From Clostridia bacterium (GTDB lineage: Bacteria; Bacillota; Clostridia; Christensenellales; Aristaeellaceae), in contig JAFQIB010000001.1 in NCBI GenBank assembly GCA_017397765.1, forward strand, positions 2,936 through 66,935: 64,000 bases of DNA, written 5' to 3'. The notes under the pieces were generated by a model that was not told the DNA's origin, did no database searches, and worked only from the letters and a program-made list of their open reading frames with translations. The first letter of the stretch is position 1. Each line of letters opens with the position of its first letter. The translations under genes were made by a program, and so were the position numbers. This document shows positions 54,849 through 63,743 of this stretch, piece after piece.

Positions 54849-56009
54849 TTATACGCCTGTATTGTAGAAGCTTTCGACCTTCCAGCCGGTTTCATCGGAT
54901 TCCCATTCAAGCTGCGGGAACAATAGCTCGCCGTTCTCTGTGCAGACCTCGTACTGGGCGTCGAAATCCAGTGCGCGGATGGATACGGCAGGATCGGGGC
55001 GGAGGGTGTCCAGCTCGTACACATTGCGCCGGTAGAGACCGCTTTCGTGGGCGGTCCCCAGCCTGTACAGCAGCCCGTCGATGATTTCCAGACGCGGGTC
55101 GTGAGTCTCGGAGTATCGCTGGATGACCTCCTCGGGGGTGAGCGCGGCCAGGTCAGCGTCTGGTGCAGAATGGGCCAGCAGGGTGTCGCGGATACCGTCC
55201 TCGCCCAGCAGGTCGATGGCGGTATTGCCGGTGAGGCTCATCAGGTTGCTGCCGTCCCATGAAAGCGCCATCAAATATGCGCCGATGACTTCGCCCTCAC
55301 ATTCCAGCACGATGGCTTTCATGCTGTACAGCACGCCGCCGGTGCTGCCCTCTGAGAGGAAACGCGCATCTGAAGGCTTCCACTTCACCCGGTTGACCGG
55401 CTCCACCAGGTAGTACATGCAGGGCAGCACGGTCTTGCCGAGGGATGGCGTGAGGTCGTAGCCTGCATCCCGCAGGAACAGATCTGCCCAGGTGAAATGC
55501 AGGGCTGTTGGGTCGGTGCGGGAGGCGGTCAGCACAACGGGCAGGGTTTCAACCGTGCAGCTGCGCCGGAAGGCGATCGTCCAGCCGTGTTCCGCCAAGA
55601 GGCTGCGGTGCTCCTCCGGGATGGTGAAGGTGGGCGAATCCCAAAGGGTGTTTTGCAGCAGCAAAGGCAGCTCGCAGCCCACGCGGAAGATCTCGCCCGC
55701 AGGCGTCAGCAGCCAGGCCTGGTTGTACAGATTGTCGTGGAACACCTGGTAGATGACCTGTTTCTGCCCGGCCAGGACGCAGCATACCTCGTAGGTGTTG
55801 GTGCCGTTGGGTATTTCAGAAGTATCGCAGCGTTCCGCAGGGGTGGTCAGCATGCCCATCAGCAGGTCAATATAGGCGGCGTCGGTGATGCTGTCGCTGC
55901 GCATCCCATAGCGCAATTCGCTGATGGAAACGCTGATGACCGGTGAATCTGCCAGTGCCGTCAAGGGCAGCAGCGCCAGGAGAAACAGCAGGCAAAGCAG
56001 CTTCTTCAT
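54849..56009 (-). CDS. secreted hypothetical protein with a DUF4830-like central region
   Basis: Start at MKKLLCLLFLLALLPLTALA. LLAEHGWTI...FLRDAGYDLTPSLGKTVLPCMYYLV resembles the DUF4830 pattern. Otherwise unknown. Confidence 0.5.
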   Translation of the reverse strand: MKKLLCLLFLLALLPLTALADSPVISVSISELRYGMRSDSITDAAYIDLLMGMLTTPAERCDTSEIPNGTNTYEVCCVLAGQKQVIYQVFHDNLYNQAWLLTPAGEIFRVGCELPLLLQNTLWDSPTFTIPEEHRSLLAEHGWTIAFRRSCTVETLPVVLTASRTDPTALHFTWADLFLRDAGYDLTPSLGKTVLPCMYYLVEPVNRVKWKPSDARFLSEGSTGGVLYSMKAIVLECEGEVIGAYLMALSWDGSNLMSLTGNTAIDLLGEDGIRDTLLAHSAPDADLAALTPEEVIQRYSETHDPRLEIIDGLLYRLGTAHESGLYRRNVYELDTLRPDPAVSIRALDFDAQYEVCTENGELLFPQLEWESDETGWKVESFYNTGV

Positions 56010-56095
56010 AAAAAACATCCTTTCACAATGCATTCACCGATAAGACGAATCAGCAAAGAAAAAGCTTCCAGATATTTCCCGGAAAACTGAAAAAA

Positions 56096-56123
56096 GAGCG
56101 CACCCGCTTTCGCAGATGCGCCC
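56096..56123 (-). terminator. Third copy of the 28-bp hairpin; terminator after oadG
   Basis: GAGCGCACCCGCTTTCGCAGATGCGCCC has 1 mismatch to the copies at 54575 and 54816. The minus strand continues TCTTTTTTC. Confidence 0.65.
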
Positions 56124-56132
56124 ATGATTCTC

Positions 56133-56165
56133 AATTCCGAATTCCGAATTCAGAATTCCGAATTT
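56133..56165. repeat. Solo arm of the heptamer-array element (copy D)
   Basis: AATTCCG/AATTCCG/AATTCAG/AATTCCG+AATTT. No partner arm within 200 bp. Abuts the oadG stop codon. Confidence 0.8.
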
Positions 56166-56362
56166 CACTTCAGCAGCTTGCCCATGACCCGGATCATCAG
56201 GAAGAACAGGATCAGCACGAGGAACACGCCGCCCAGGCCGCCGGCCGTGACGATCAGGCCCTTGGTCAGCAGGGGAATGTCCTTCACGGAGGCAGCAGCT
56301 TCCTCCGCCAGCGCGGGGGAGGCCAGGAACAGGGAGAGCAGGGAGAAAATCAGCTTCTTCAT
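56165..56362 (-). CDS. OadG-family (Na+-decarboxylase gamma-like) small membrane protein
   Basis: 65 aa. Signal/anchor plus TM GLGGVFLVLILFFLMI, typical of OadG. Directly downstream of the beta subunit. Confidence 0.65.
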   Translation of the reverse strand: MKKLIFSLLSLFLASPALAEEAAASVKDIPLLTKGLIVTAGGLGGVFLVLILFFLMIRVMGKLLK

Positions 56363-56380
56363 TGTTGTTTCCTCCTTTTA

Positions 56381-57580
56381 TCAGCCGCCCAGGAGCATGG
56401 TCACCAGGGTGATCACCATGCCACCGGCCACGATGGAGCCCAGCTGGCCGGAAACGTTGGCGCTGGTGGACTGCATCAGGATAAAGTTGCTGGGGTCTTC
56501 CTTCAGCGCCATCTTGGCAATGACGCGGGAGGACATGGGGAAGGCGGAGATGCCCGCCGCACCCACCATGGGGTTGATCTTCTTCTTGCGGAAGAGGTTC
56601 AGGAACTTGGCGAACAGCACGCCGCCGGCGGTGTCAAACACGAAGGCGAACAGGCCCAGCGCCAGGATCAGGATGGTGGTGGGGTCCAGGAACTTGTCGG
56701 CCACCATGGTGCCGCCGATGGTGATGCCCAGGACGATGGTGACCAGGTTGGCCAGCTCGTTCTGCGCAGTCTTGGACAGGCGCTCCAGCACGCCGCACTC
56801 GCGGATCAGGTTGCCGAACATGAGGGAGCCGACCAGGGGCGCGCTCATGGGCACCAGGATGCCGGCGACCACGGTGACGATGATGGGGAAGAGGATCAGG
56901 GTCGTCTTGGAGCAGCGCTCCTCCTGGTAATCCATGCGGATCAGGCGCTCCTCACGGGTGGTGAGGGCCTTGATGACCGGGGGCTGTATGACGGGCACCA
57001 GCGCCATGTAGCTGTAGGCGGCCACGGAGATGGGGCCCATGTAGTCCTTCAGGCCGAAGTGGTTGGCCACATACAGGGTGGTGGGGCCGTCCGCCGCACC
57101 GATGATGCCGATGGCGGAGGCAAGCTTCATCACCATGTCGGTGTCGCCCTCAGCCACCAGACCGGGGATCAGGGGCAGCAGCAGCAGCGCGGCGATGAAG
57201 GTCATGAAGATGCCGAACTGGGCCGCTGCACCAAAGAAGATGGTGGAGGGGTCCTTCAGCAGGGGAGAGAAGTCGATCATCGCGCCGACGGCGATGAAGA
57301 TCAGCACGGGGAAGAGCTCGTTGGCGATGCCCGCGTCAAACAGCACGGACAGGAAGCCGGCCTCGCCCAGCACGGACGGGAAGCCGTCCACCGGCGGCAG
57401 GTTGGCCAGAATGCAGCCGAAGCCGATGGGCAGCAACAGCGTGGGCTCGTAATCCTTGACGATGGCAAGGGCGATCAGAATGCCGGCGATGACAAACATG
57501 ATCAGCGTCTTGAAGCCGTCGGTGGACATCATGTAGAAGAGTCCGCTGAACAGCTCCTGAATCAGTTCTGCAAAGTTCAT
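56381..57580 (-). CDS. sodium ion-translocating decarboxylase beta subunit (OadB/GcdB/MmdB family)
   Basis: 399-aa polytopic protein. Motifs EPTLLLPIGFG, AIGIIGAADGPT and GAAGISAFPMSSR of the Na+-decarboxylase beta family. Confidence 0.9.
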   Translation of the reverse strand: MNFAELIQELFSGLFYMMSTDGFKTLIMFVIAGILIALAIVKDYEPTLLLPIGFGCILANLPPVDGFPSVLGEAGFLSVLFDAGIANELFPVLIFIAVGAMIDFSPLLKDPSTIFFGAAAQFGIFMTFIAALLLLPLIPGLVAEGDTDMVMKLASAIGIIGAADGPTTLYVANHFGLKDYMGPISVAAYSYMALVPVIQPPVIKALTTREERLIRMDYQEERCSKTTLILFPIIVTVVAGILVPMSAPLVGSLMFGNLIRECGVLERLSKTAQNELANLVTIVLGITIGGTMVADKFLDPTTILILALGLFAFVFDTAGGVLFAKFLNLFRKKKINPMVGAAGISAFPMSSRVIAKMALKEDPSNFILMQSTSANVSGQLGSIVAGGMVITLVTMLLGG

Positions 57581-57769
57581 GGGGTGCTCCTTTCTGATTG
57601 TCGTAGAGGGAAACGCTGAAAAAAAGACTCACGAACGGCTTGTGGCAAGCGGTCCATGAGTCTCATCATTTGAAGCAGCACCGGGCGTTTGTGCGCCGGA
57701 TTGACGATGCAGCTGTGCGCAGGCAGAGGCCCGCACACCGATTACTCCCTCTTTAGCCTACCTATTATA
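57581..57769 (-). promoter_or_regulatory. Promoter plus structured leader with an intrinsic terminator upstream of the decarboxylase beta gene
   Basis: Minus strand: TATAAT (57769-57764), then about 95 nt with alternative pairings (GTGTGCG vs two CGCACA segments). Next is AGACTCA...TGAGTCT + TTTTTTT (57664-57619), then GAAAGGAG and the ATG. Confidence 0.45.
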
Positions 57770-58013
57770 GCCAGTGCAGTGCGCAAATGTCAAGGAGGGA
57801 AATACAGCTTTTCTGTTTTTTCAGCAAATACACGGCAAAGATGCTGTTGCTGCTGAATATAAAAGAAAAAAATTTTTTTCCGAAAACGTTTGCATGAAAA
57901 CGCTTTCCCCCCTTGAAAGTCTGGAATGATTTGTGCTATATTATATGCGGATTTCTGTGGCAAACTGCCATTGACATACCTCAACTGGCTTTCATTGATC
58001 CAAAGGAGTGCTT

Positions 58014-59075
58014 ATGAAGATGAGGAAGATTGGCGTACTGACTTCCGGCGGCGACGCGCCGGGCATGAATGCGGCGGTAATGTCCATTGCCAAGAATGCG
58101 GCCCGCTATGGCATGCCCCTGGTTGGCATCAAGCAGGGCTACAATGGCCTGCTGCGCCGTTCCACCAGCATTTATGATGATCTGCAGGAGCTGACGCTGG
58201 ATACCGTGCTGGACATTGCTGACCAGCCCGGCACCTACCTGCGTACGGCCCGCTGCTCCGAATTTATGGACCCCAAGTACCGTGAGTTTGCGGCGCAGAC
58301 CCTGCGGGACATGGAGATCGACGGCCTGGTCGTCATCGGCGGCGACGGCTCCTTCCAGGGCGCCATGCGTCTGTGCGAGCTGGGCATCCCCTGCGTGTGC
58401 ATCCCCGGCACCATCGACAATGACCTGGCCTATACCGAGATGACCCTGGGCTATGAGACGGCTGTGCAGAAGTGCACCGAGGCGATCCGTGAGATCCGCG
58501 CGACCAGCCGCTCCCATAACCGTCCCCACGTGGTGGAGTGCATGGGCCGTCACTGCGGCGACGTTGCCCTGAAGGCTGCCTGTGCCACCGGCGCTGAGAT
58601 CGTGCTGGTGCCCGAGGTGAAGTGGTCCATCGACGAGGTGGCTGCCCGCCTGAATAAGCAGATCGCCAAGGGCAACAGCCGTGCGACCGTCGTGATAGCC
58701 GAGGGCTGCTGGGAATCCATGGAGCCCTTCGATATGTACGGCTTCCTGACCAGCCATGGCAAGCAGTGCTTCGAGGGTGAGCCCATGAGCGCTATGCGCC
58801 TGGCTTCCATCCTCAAGCGCAAGTGCGGCATGGTGGAGGTCCGCTCCACGGTCGTGGGCTACACCCAGCGCGGCGCCCTGCCCGTTGCCAAGGACAGCGC
58901 CTTCGCCTTCGAGGCGGGCCATCTGGCGGTGAAGCTGCTGCATGACGGCATCTCCAACCAGGTGATTGGTACCCGGCACGGCCGCGTGTTCCACATGGGC
59001 ATCGAGGATGCGCTGAAGGAAGCGCATTCCTTCCGCTACGATCTGTACAAGCTGGTCAACGACATCCGTGACTGA
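58014..59075 (+). CDS. pfkA: ATP-dependent 6-phosphofructokinase
   Basis: IGVLTSGGDAPGMNA, GGDGS and PGTIDNDL. ATG 5 nt after AAGGAG. Confidence 0.95.
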   Translation: MKMRKIGVLTSGGDAPGMNAAVMSIAKNAARYGMPLVGIKQGYNGLLRRSTSIYDDLQELTLDTVLDIADQPGTYLRTARCSEFMDPKYREFAAQTLRDMEIDGLVVIGGDGSFQGAMRLCELGIPCVCIPGTIDNDLAYTEMTLGYETAVQKCTEAIREIRATSRSHNRPHVVECMGRHCGDVALKAACATGAEIVLVPEVKWSIDEVAARLNKQIAKGNSRATVVIAEGCWESMEPFDMYGFLTSHGKQCFEGEPMSAMRLASILKRKCGMVEVRSTVVGYTQRGALPVAKDSAFAFEAGHLAVKLLHDGISNQVIGTRHGRVFHMGIEDALKEAHSFRYDLYKLVNDIRD

Positions 59076-59153
59076 TTTCCCGGCTGTCTGCCCCATTTCC
59101 GGGGCGCCGGCTTGGCTGGCTTGGGAAATTTATAAAAATAGTTGGCATACCCC

Positions 59154-59182
59154 TTGACACGATGGGGAAGCCGTGGTATAAT
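59154..59182 (+). promoter_or_regulatory. consensus sigma-A promoter of the infC-rpmI-rplT operon
   Basis: Perfect TTGACA-17 nt-TATAAT. Confidence 0.75.
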
Positions 59183-59317
59183 CCCTTTGTTTGAAGCAGA
59201 GGCTTGCCCGTCTCTCACCTCGTGTGGCGCACGCTGCCGGGTATCATGGCATCTCATCTCGCAAGAGGTGGATACTGCGCATGTTCGAGGACGGGATATA
59301 GCATCCCGTCCTTTTTC
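59183..59317 (+). promoter_or_regulatory. L20-type ribosomal-protein leader with a terminator (attenuator)
   Basis: Structured leader between the promoter and infC, ending in GGACGGGATatagcATCCCGTCC + TTTTT (59289-59317). Its position and architecture match the Firmicute L20 autoregulatory leader. I did not verify the covariance model. Confidence 0.6.
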
Positions 59318-59383
59318 GTTGAAAAGGGAAGCTTCAGCAGGAGTTGCGACCAGGAACAGGAGTTCCGAAATAATTGGAGGTGC

Positions 59384-59971
59384 ATGGACATCGCTACCGA
59401 TCTGATGATTAACGAAGAGATCCGCGACAGAGAGGTTCGCCTGATCGACGAAAACGGCGAGCAGCTCGGCGTCATGCCTACGCAAAAGGCACTGGAGCTG
59501 GCGGAAGAACGCGGTCTGGATCTGGCCAAGATTCAGCCCCAGGCCAAGCCCCCCGTGTGCAAGCTGCTGGACTATGACAAATACCGCTACGAGCAGTCGA
59601 AGCGGGAGCGCGATAACCGTAAGAATCAGCGTGTTGTGTCCATCAAGGAAGTTCAGCTGTCTGCCACCATTGAAGAGAACGACGTTCTCACCAAGGCGAA
59701 GATGGCCACGAAGTTCCTTGCCGATGGCGACAAGGTCAAGGTTTCCATCCGCTTCCGCGGCCGCCAGATCACCCACAGCGAGATCGGCCTGAAGGTCATG
59801 CAGAACTTCGCCGAGCGCTGCGCCGAGGTTTCCAGCGTGGAGCGCCGCCCCACCATGGATGGCCGCCACATGATCATGATCCTCGCGCCCAAGGCTGCCA
59901 AGGCTTCCTTCGCCGAGAAGAAGGCCGCCCGCGAAGCCCGTGACGCCAAGGAGAAGAACACCCAGGAATAA
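59384..59971 (+). CDS. infC: translation initiation factor IF-3 (start uncertain)
   Basis: INEEIRDREVRLIDENGEQLG...KPPVCKLLDYDKYRYE...KEVQL. The ATG lies only 3 nt after GGAGG. An in-frame ATC at 59390 has better spacing. Confidence 0.9.
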   Translation: MDIATDLMINEEIRDREVRLIDENGEQLGVMPTQKALELAEERGLDLAKIQPQAKPPVCKLLDYDKYRYEQSKRERDNRKNQRVVSIKEVQLSATIEENDVLTKAKMATKFLADGDKVKVSIRFRGRQITHSEIGLKVMQNFAERCAEVSSVERRPTMDGRHMIMILAPKAAKASFAEKKAAREARDAKEKNTQE

Positions 59972-60042
59972 AGGCCTGCGGTGGTGATGCGAAAGCATCC
60001 CCCTGCCGATAAAGCCTACCAGTTTGGAAGGAGGACAATACC

Positions 60043-60243
60043 ATGCCTAAGCAGAAGTCTCACCGTGGTGCTGCCAAGCGCTTTTCCTTTACCAAGTCCG
60101 GTATCGTTAAGCATAAGCAGATGAACGCCAACCATCAGGTTCGCCTGAAGACCACCAAGCGCACCCGTCACCTGCGCGCTGACGGTATCGTGGATAACGC
60201 GGCTGAAGCCCGTACCATCCATAAGCTGCTGCCCTACAAGTAA
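60043..60243 (+). CDS. rpmI: 50S ribosomal protein L35
   Basis: MPKQKSHRGAAKRF; 66 aa. Confidence 0.95.
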   Translation: MPKQKSHRGAAKRFSFTKSGIVKHKQMNANHQVRLKTTKRTRHLRADGIVDNAAEARTIHKLLPYK

Positions 60244-60279
60244 TGAACGCCCTTTAGCTGGCAAGGAGGATACTAAAAA

Positions 60280-60627
60280 ATGGCACGTATTAAGAGAGCT
60301 GTCAATGCTCAGAAGAAGCGTCGCAAGGTAATGAAGCTGGCCAAGGGCTACTGGGGCGCAAAGTCCAAGCAGTACCGCGCCGCGTCCGAGCAGGTCGCCC
60401 GTTCCCTGCGCTATGCCTTTGCAGGCCGTAAGCTGCGTAAGCGTGATTTCCGCTCCCTGTGGATCACCCGTATCAACGCCGCTGCCCGCCTGAACGGCAT
60501 GAGCTACTCCACCTTCATCAATGGCCTGAAGAAGCAGAACATCACCGTCAACCGCAAGATGCTGGCTGACCTGGCTGTGAATGATCCTGCCGCTTTCGCC
60601 AAGCTGGTGGAGATTGCCAAGGCGTAA
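60280..60627 (+). CDS. rplT: 50S ribosomal protein L20
   Basis: [17 protein letters not shown]...[14 protein letters not shown]. Confidence 0.95.
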   Translation: MARIKRAVNAQKKRRKVMKLAKGYWGAKSKQYRAASEQVARSLRYAFAGRKLRKRDFRSLWITRINAAARLNGMSYSTFINGLKKQNITVNRKMLADLAVNDPAAFAKLVEIAKA

Positions 60628-60659
60628 TTGCCTTTGGTGAATCGCTGATACAGCAAGAT

Positions 60660-60698
60660 ACACCCGCTTTGTCCCGATGGGATGAGCGGGTGTTTTTG
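60660..60698 (+). terminator. Rho-independent terminator after rplT
   Basis: ACACCCGCTttgtcccgatgggatgAGCGGGTGT followed by TTTTGTG. Confidence 0.8.
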
Positions 60699-60790
60699 TG
60701 TGTGATCGGCTTTCTGCTTGCAAGTCGCGGTCGGACGGTGTATATGAGAACAGCAGTCGAAGCTGACTACAAATGAATGGAGAAATCAAG

Positions 60791-61786
60791 ATGAAGAAAC
60801 TGCTGGTTTTGGCCCTGGCTCTGATTCTGATGATGGCCGTTGCGGCGGCTGAACATGTGTGCGCGCCTTCCGGCCAGGTTCGTCTGGACATGACGGAACG
60901 CTGGGAACTCTGCAGCTGCGGCGAAAAGCTGAACGTGACGACCCATGACTGGCAAAAGGTAGGCGGCGATATGGCGTACTGCAAGGTATGCTATTCCGAA
61001 ATGTTCACCCAGAGCGATGGTCGTGTGCGGCTGGTCGCAATGGATGAGCAAAGCGAACCCTGCTATCGCTGCTTCCTGCTGCCTGACGGGACTGTTGAGA
61101 TGAGCGAGGCTTACGTCAACACCTATGACGCGGACGGCAACCTCAGCACCAGGGCTGTCTATGAAAACGGCGTGCTGACGGCAGAATACGGCTACACCCT
61201 TGACGAATACGGCTATCCTGAGCAGAACCGGTCGGTCATCTATCAGAATGGCATGAAGACGGTGCCCGAAGAGGACGATTACGGCAATCAGGCATATTAT
61301 GCCGTGTACGAGGGAGATACGCTCCTCTTCTCCGAGCGCTATGAGAACACCTATGATGAAAAGGGCAATGTGGTGTATGCAAAAATCTATAGTAACGAAG
61401 TGCTGACCAGAGAGGAGAAGCGCGCCACTGTTTATGTTGAAAACGGCGGTTACTACACCAACATGGTCCTGGAAGAGATCTGGTGGTGGGCGGACGGCGG
61501 CTATGATGTGAGCAAGAATAACGAGAAGGGCGAAAAGGTCGAGACGAAGTGCTACAACGCCAATGGCGAGCTGCTGTGCACGCTGACGTACATGTACGAG
61601 TACAATGGCGGCTCTGCGGACGTGGCTTCCAAGGAAACTGCCCTGAAGGACGGCAAGCTCTACTATGAGAAGGAGTTTGTCCAGAGCTCCATGGGCTGGT
61701 GGTACGAAGCCAAGACGACCCTGTACGGCGATGACGGCTCGGTGACTGTCCGTCAGTACGATGAGAACGGCAACCTCATGGAATGA
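60791..61786 (+). CDS. secreted hypothetical protein with YD-like repeats
   Basis: Start at MKKLLVLALALILMMAVAAA. Repeated Y(D/N)xxGN(L/V) motifs (YDADGNL, YDEKGNV, YNANGEL, YDENGNL). Confidence 0.5.
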   Translation: MKKLLVLALALILMMAVAAAEHVCAPSGQVRLDMTERWELCSCGEKLNVTTHDWQKVGGDMAYCKVCYSEMFTQSDGRVRLVAMDEQSEPCYRCFLLPDGTVEMSEAYVNTYDADGNLSTRAVYENGVLTAEYGYTLDEYGYPEQNRSVIYQNGMKTVPEEDDYGNQAYYAVYEGDTLLFSERYENTYDEKGNVVYAKIYSNEVLTREEKRATVYVENGGYYTNMVLEEIWWWADGGYDVSKNNEKGEKVETKCYNANGELLCTLTYMYEYNGGSADVASKETALKDGKLYYEKEFVQSSMGWWYEAKTTLYGDDGSVTVRQYDENGNLME

Positions 61787-62029
61787 TTGACACCGATGGC
61801 AGCGATGCAGGCCGGATGCGGCGGGAAGCCGGTTCTGCCGGCGAAGCAGCCTGATTGAAGCCATCCCTTGAAAGTTGATCAGCCCGGCGGCTCCTGAACA
61901 GGGGCTGCCGGGCTGCTTTACATATCAGGATGGGGGGCGGCGCTGTCCGGTGCTCCGTGGGGGAAGCGACGACTGTCGGAAAACTGCTGGAAATGTGGGA
62001 AAAACGCAGGAAAACCGAAGCTTCAGCCC

Positions 62030-62058
62030 TTGCAAACCACTGGGAAATGGCGTATAAT
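62030..62058 (+). promoter_or_regulatory. sigma-A type promoter
   Basis: TTGCAA-17 nt-TATAAT, 49 nt upstream of the ATG at 62107. Confidence 0.6.
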
Positions 62059-62106
62059 ATCCGGCGTGTCCCTGTACGCGACGATTGATACAAAGGTGGC
62101 ATCAAG

Positions 62107-62739
62107 ATGTTTCCGGATACAAATTACATGCATACGCCTCACAATAATCCCTTCCACATCGGACAGCGCTCCATCAAAACGGCTGCGGCTGCAACGGTGG
62201 TGGCGATGTTCTATCTGATCTTTGGCGGCAACCCGACCTTTGCCTGCATCGGCGCCATCTTTGGCCTGGGCAATGACATGTCCATGTCCCGGCTCAACGG
62301 CGGCAACCGCTTCTTCGGTACCATCATCGGCGGCATGGTGGGCATTGCACTTTTTCGGGTGTACATCCTGCTGATTCCAGACGGCAAGCCTACGATCCTC
62401 ACGCTGCTGTTCCTGTTTGTGGGCGTGGTGGTGCTCATCAGCTGCTGCCAGGCCTTCAAGTGGCCCGGCGGCATCCAGCCCGGCGGCGTGGTGCTGTGCA
62501 TTATTCTGTTCAACACGCCGGTGGAAAGCTACATCAGCTATTCCGTCTTCCGTATGATCGATACCGGCGTGGGTGTGGCGGCGGCGCTGCTGATCAACTG
62601 GTATTTCACCCGGGAGCGGGTGGAGAAGATCCTGGCCTATCTGCATTTGCCGCATCATTGCGAGCATCCCGAGGCGGCGGAAACGGCGCCTGCGGCAGCG
62701 GAGAACCTGCCGGAGGAAACGCAGGACGACGCAGAATAA
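62107..62739 (+). CDS. aromatic acid exporter (ArAE/FUSC) family membrane protein
   Basis: IGQRSIKTAAAATVVAMFYL...ACIGAIFGL...NRFFGTIIGGMVGIALF matches the N-terminal signature of the ArAE/FUSC_2 family. Confidence 0.65.
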   Translation: MFPDTNYMHTPHNNPFHIGQRSIKTAAAATVVAMFYLIFGGNPTFACIGAIFGLGNDMSMSRLNGGNRFFGTIIGGMVGIALFRVYILLIPDGKPTILTLLFLFVGVVVLISCCQAFKWPGGIQPGGVVLCIILFNTPVESYISYSVFRMIDTGVGVAAALLINWYFTRERVEKILAYLHLPHHCEHPEAAETAPAAAENLPEETQDDAE

Positions 62740-62806
62740 CATACTTTCAGCCCGGCGGCTTCTTGATGAAGCATGCCGGGCTGTGATCATTGTCGGAAAG
62801 CAGCGA

Positions 62807-63553
62807 TCATTCTCCCTGTGCCGCCATTGGGCCGGCGACCAGCTCGAACCATGCCGGCAGGAAGCCTGCCTTCAGGGCGACCCGCTGAGAGGCCAGATGG
62901 GAGATGGAGGTACCGTAATAGGGGAGGCGGCCCTGGGCCAGCACGTCGTTTCGCAGGAGGGCGACCAGCATTTCAGCGATACCCTGTCCCCGGGCATCGG
63001 GCAGTACGTTGATGCCGATCTGCCACAGGTGCGGGCTGTCCGCACTGGCGCCGGCCATCCCCAGGATCTGCCCGTCCCGGAAAGCGCCCACCCCCAGCAT
63101 GTCCGGGGCGGTCTCCCAGAAGCTGTAGGCGTCCTCAAAGCGCTCATCGTCCCGGAATTGTTCGATGGTCTCGGGGGAGTAGCGCCGGATCGTCAGGCCC
63201 TTTGTGTCGACGGGCGAAGCGATATCCGTGGTATAGAAGGGCCGCGCGTGGCGGATCTGTGCGCCGAAGACAGAAAGCTCCCGGTTGAGGGTGGCCAGGT
63301 TTTCCGCCTCCATGAACCAGGGGGCGTTGGCCTCTGCATACAGGGCGCGGCAGCGGGCGATGATGTCCTCGCGGCCGGTAAAGAGCAGCTTGCCGTTCAC
63401 GACGGCAATCTTCAGCAGGCAGGGGACGATCTCCATGAACTGCCTGCGGTCAGGGTGCGGGGTGAAGACGGTGAAATGATAGGCGTCGTCGGTGACGGCG
63501 GCTTCGCTGATGCAGAAATCAGCAGCAAGCTGCCGGATCAGAAGCTCGTGCAT
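62807..63553 (-). CDS. GNAT family N-acetyltransferase
   Basis: Start at MHELLIRQL after AAGGAGG. The C-terminal half has the acetyl-CoA motif VLPDARGQGIAEMLVALL. Confidence 0.7.
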   Translation of the reverse strand: MHELLIRQLAADFCISEAAVTDDAYHFTVFTPHPDRRQFMEIVPCLLKIAVVNGKLLFTGREDIIARCRALYAEANAPWFMEAENLATLNRELSVFGAQIRHARPFYTTDIASPVDTKGLTIRRYSPETIEQFRDDERFEDAYSFWETAPDMLGVGAFRDGQILGMAGASADSPHLWQIGINVLPDARGQGIAEMLVALLRNDVLAQGRLPYYGTSISHLASQRVALKAGFLPAWFELVAGPMAAQGE

Positions 63554-63664
63554 GGGATCGCCTCCTTGCGGATTGGTTGCGGTTCTGCAGAGAGTGTAGC
63601 ACAGGCGGCAGGCAAAGTCAAATCGCGGGGATGGCGGTGTGTGAAATTCCTGCGGCAAGGTGTC

Positions 63665-63693
63665 TTGCCAAATCAGCGCCCGTGTGGTATACT
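63665..63693 (+). promoter_or_regulatory. sigma-A type promoter for the tRNA gene
   Basis: TTGCCA-17 nt-TATACT, about 50 nt upstream of the tRNA. Confidence 0.5.
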
Positions 63694-63743
63694 ATAATAG
63701 TTGTCGCACAGGAGGCAGACGCTTCCTGAGGACGAATGCATAT

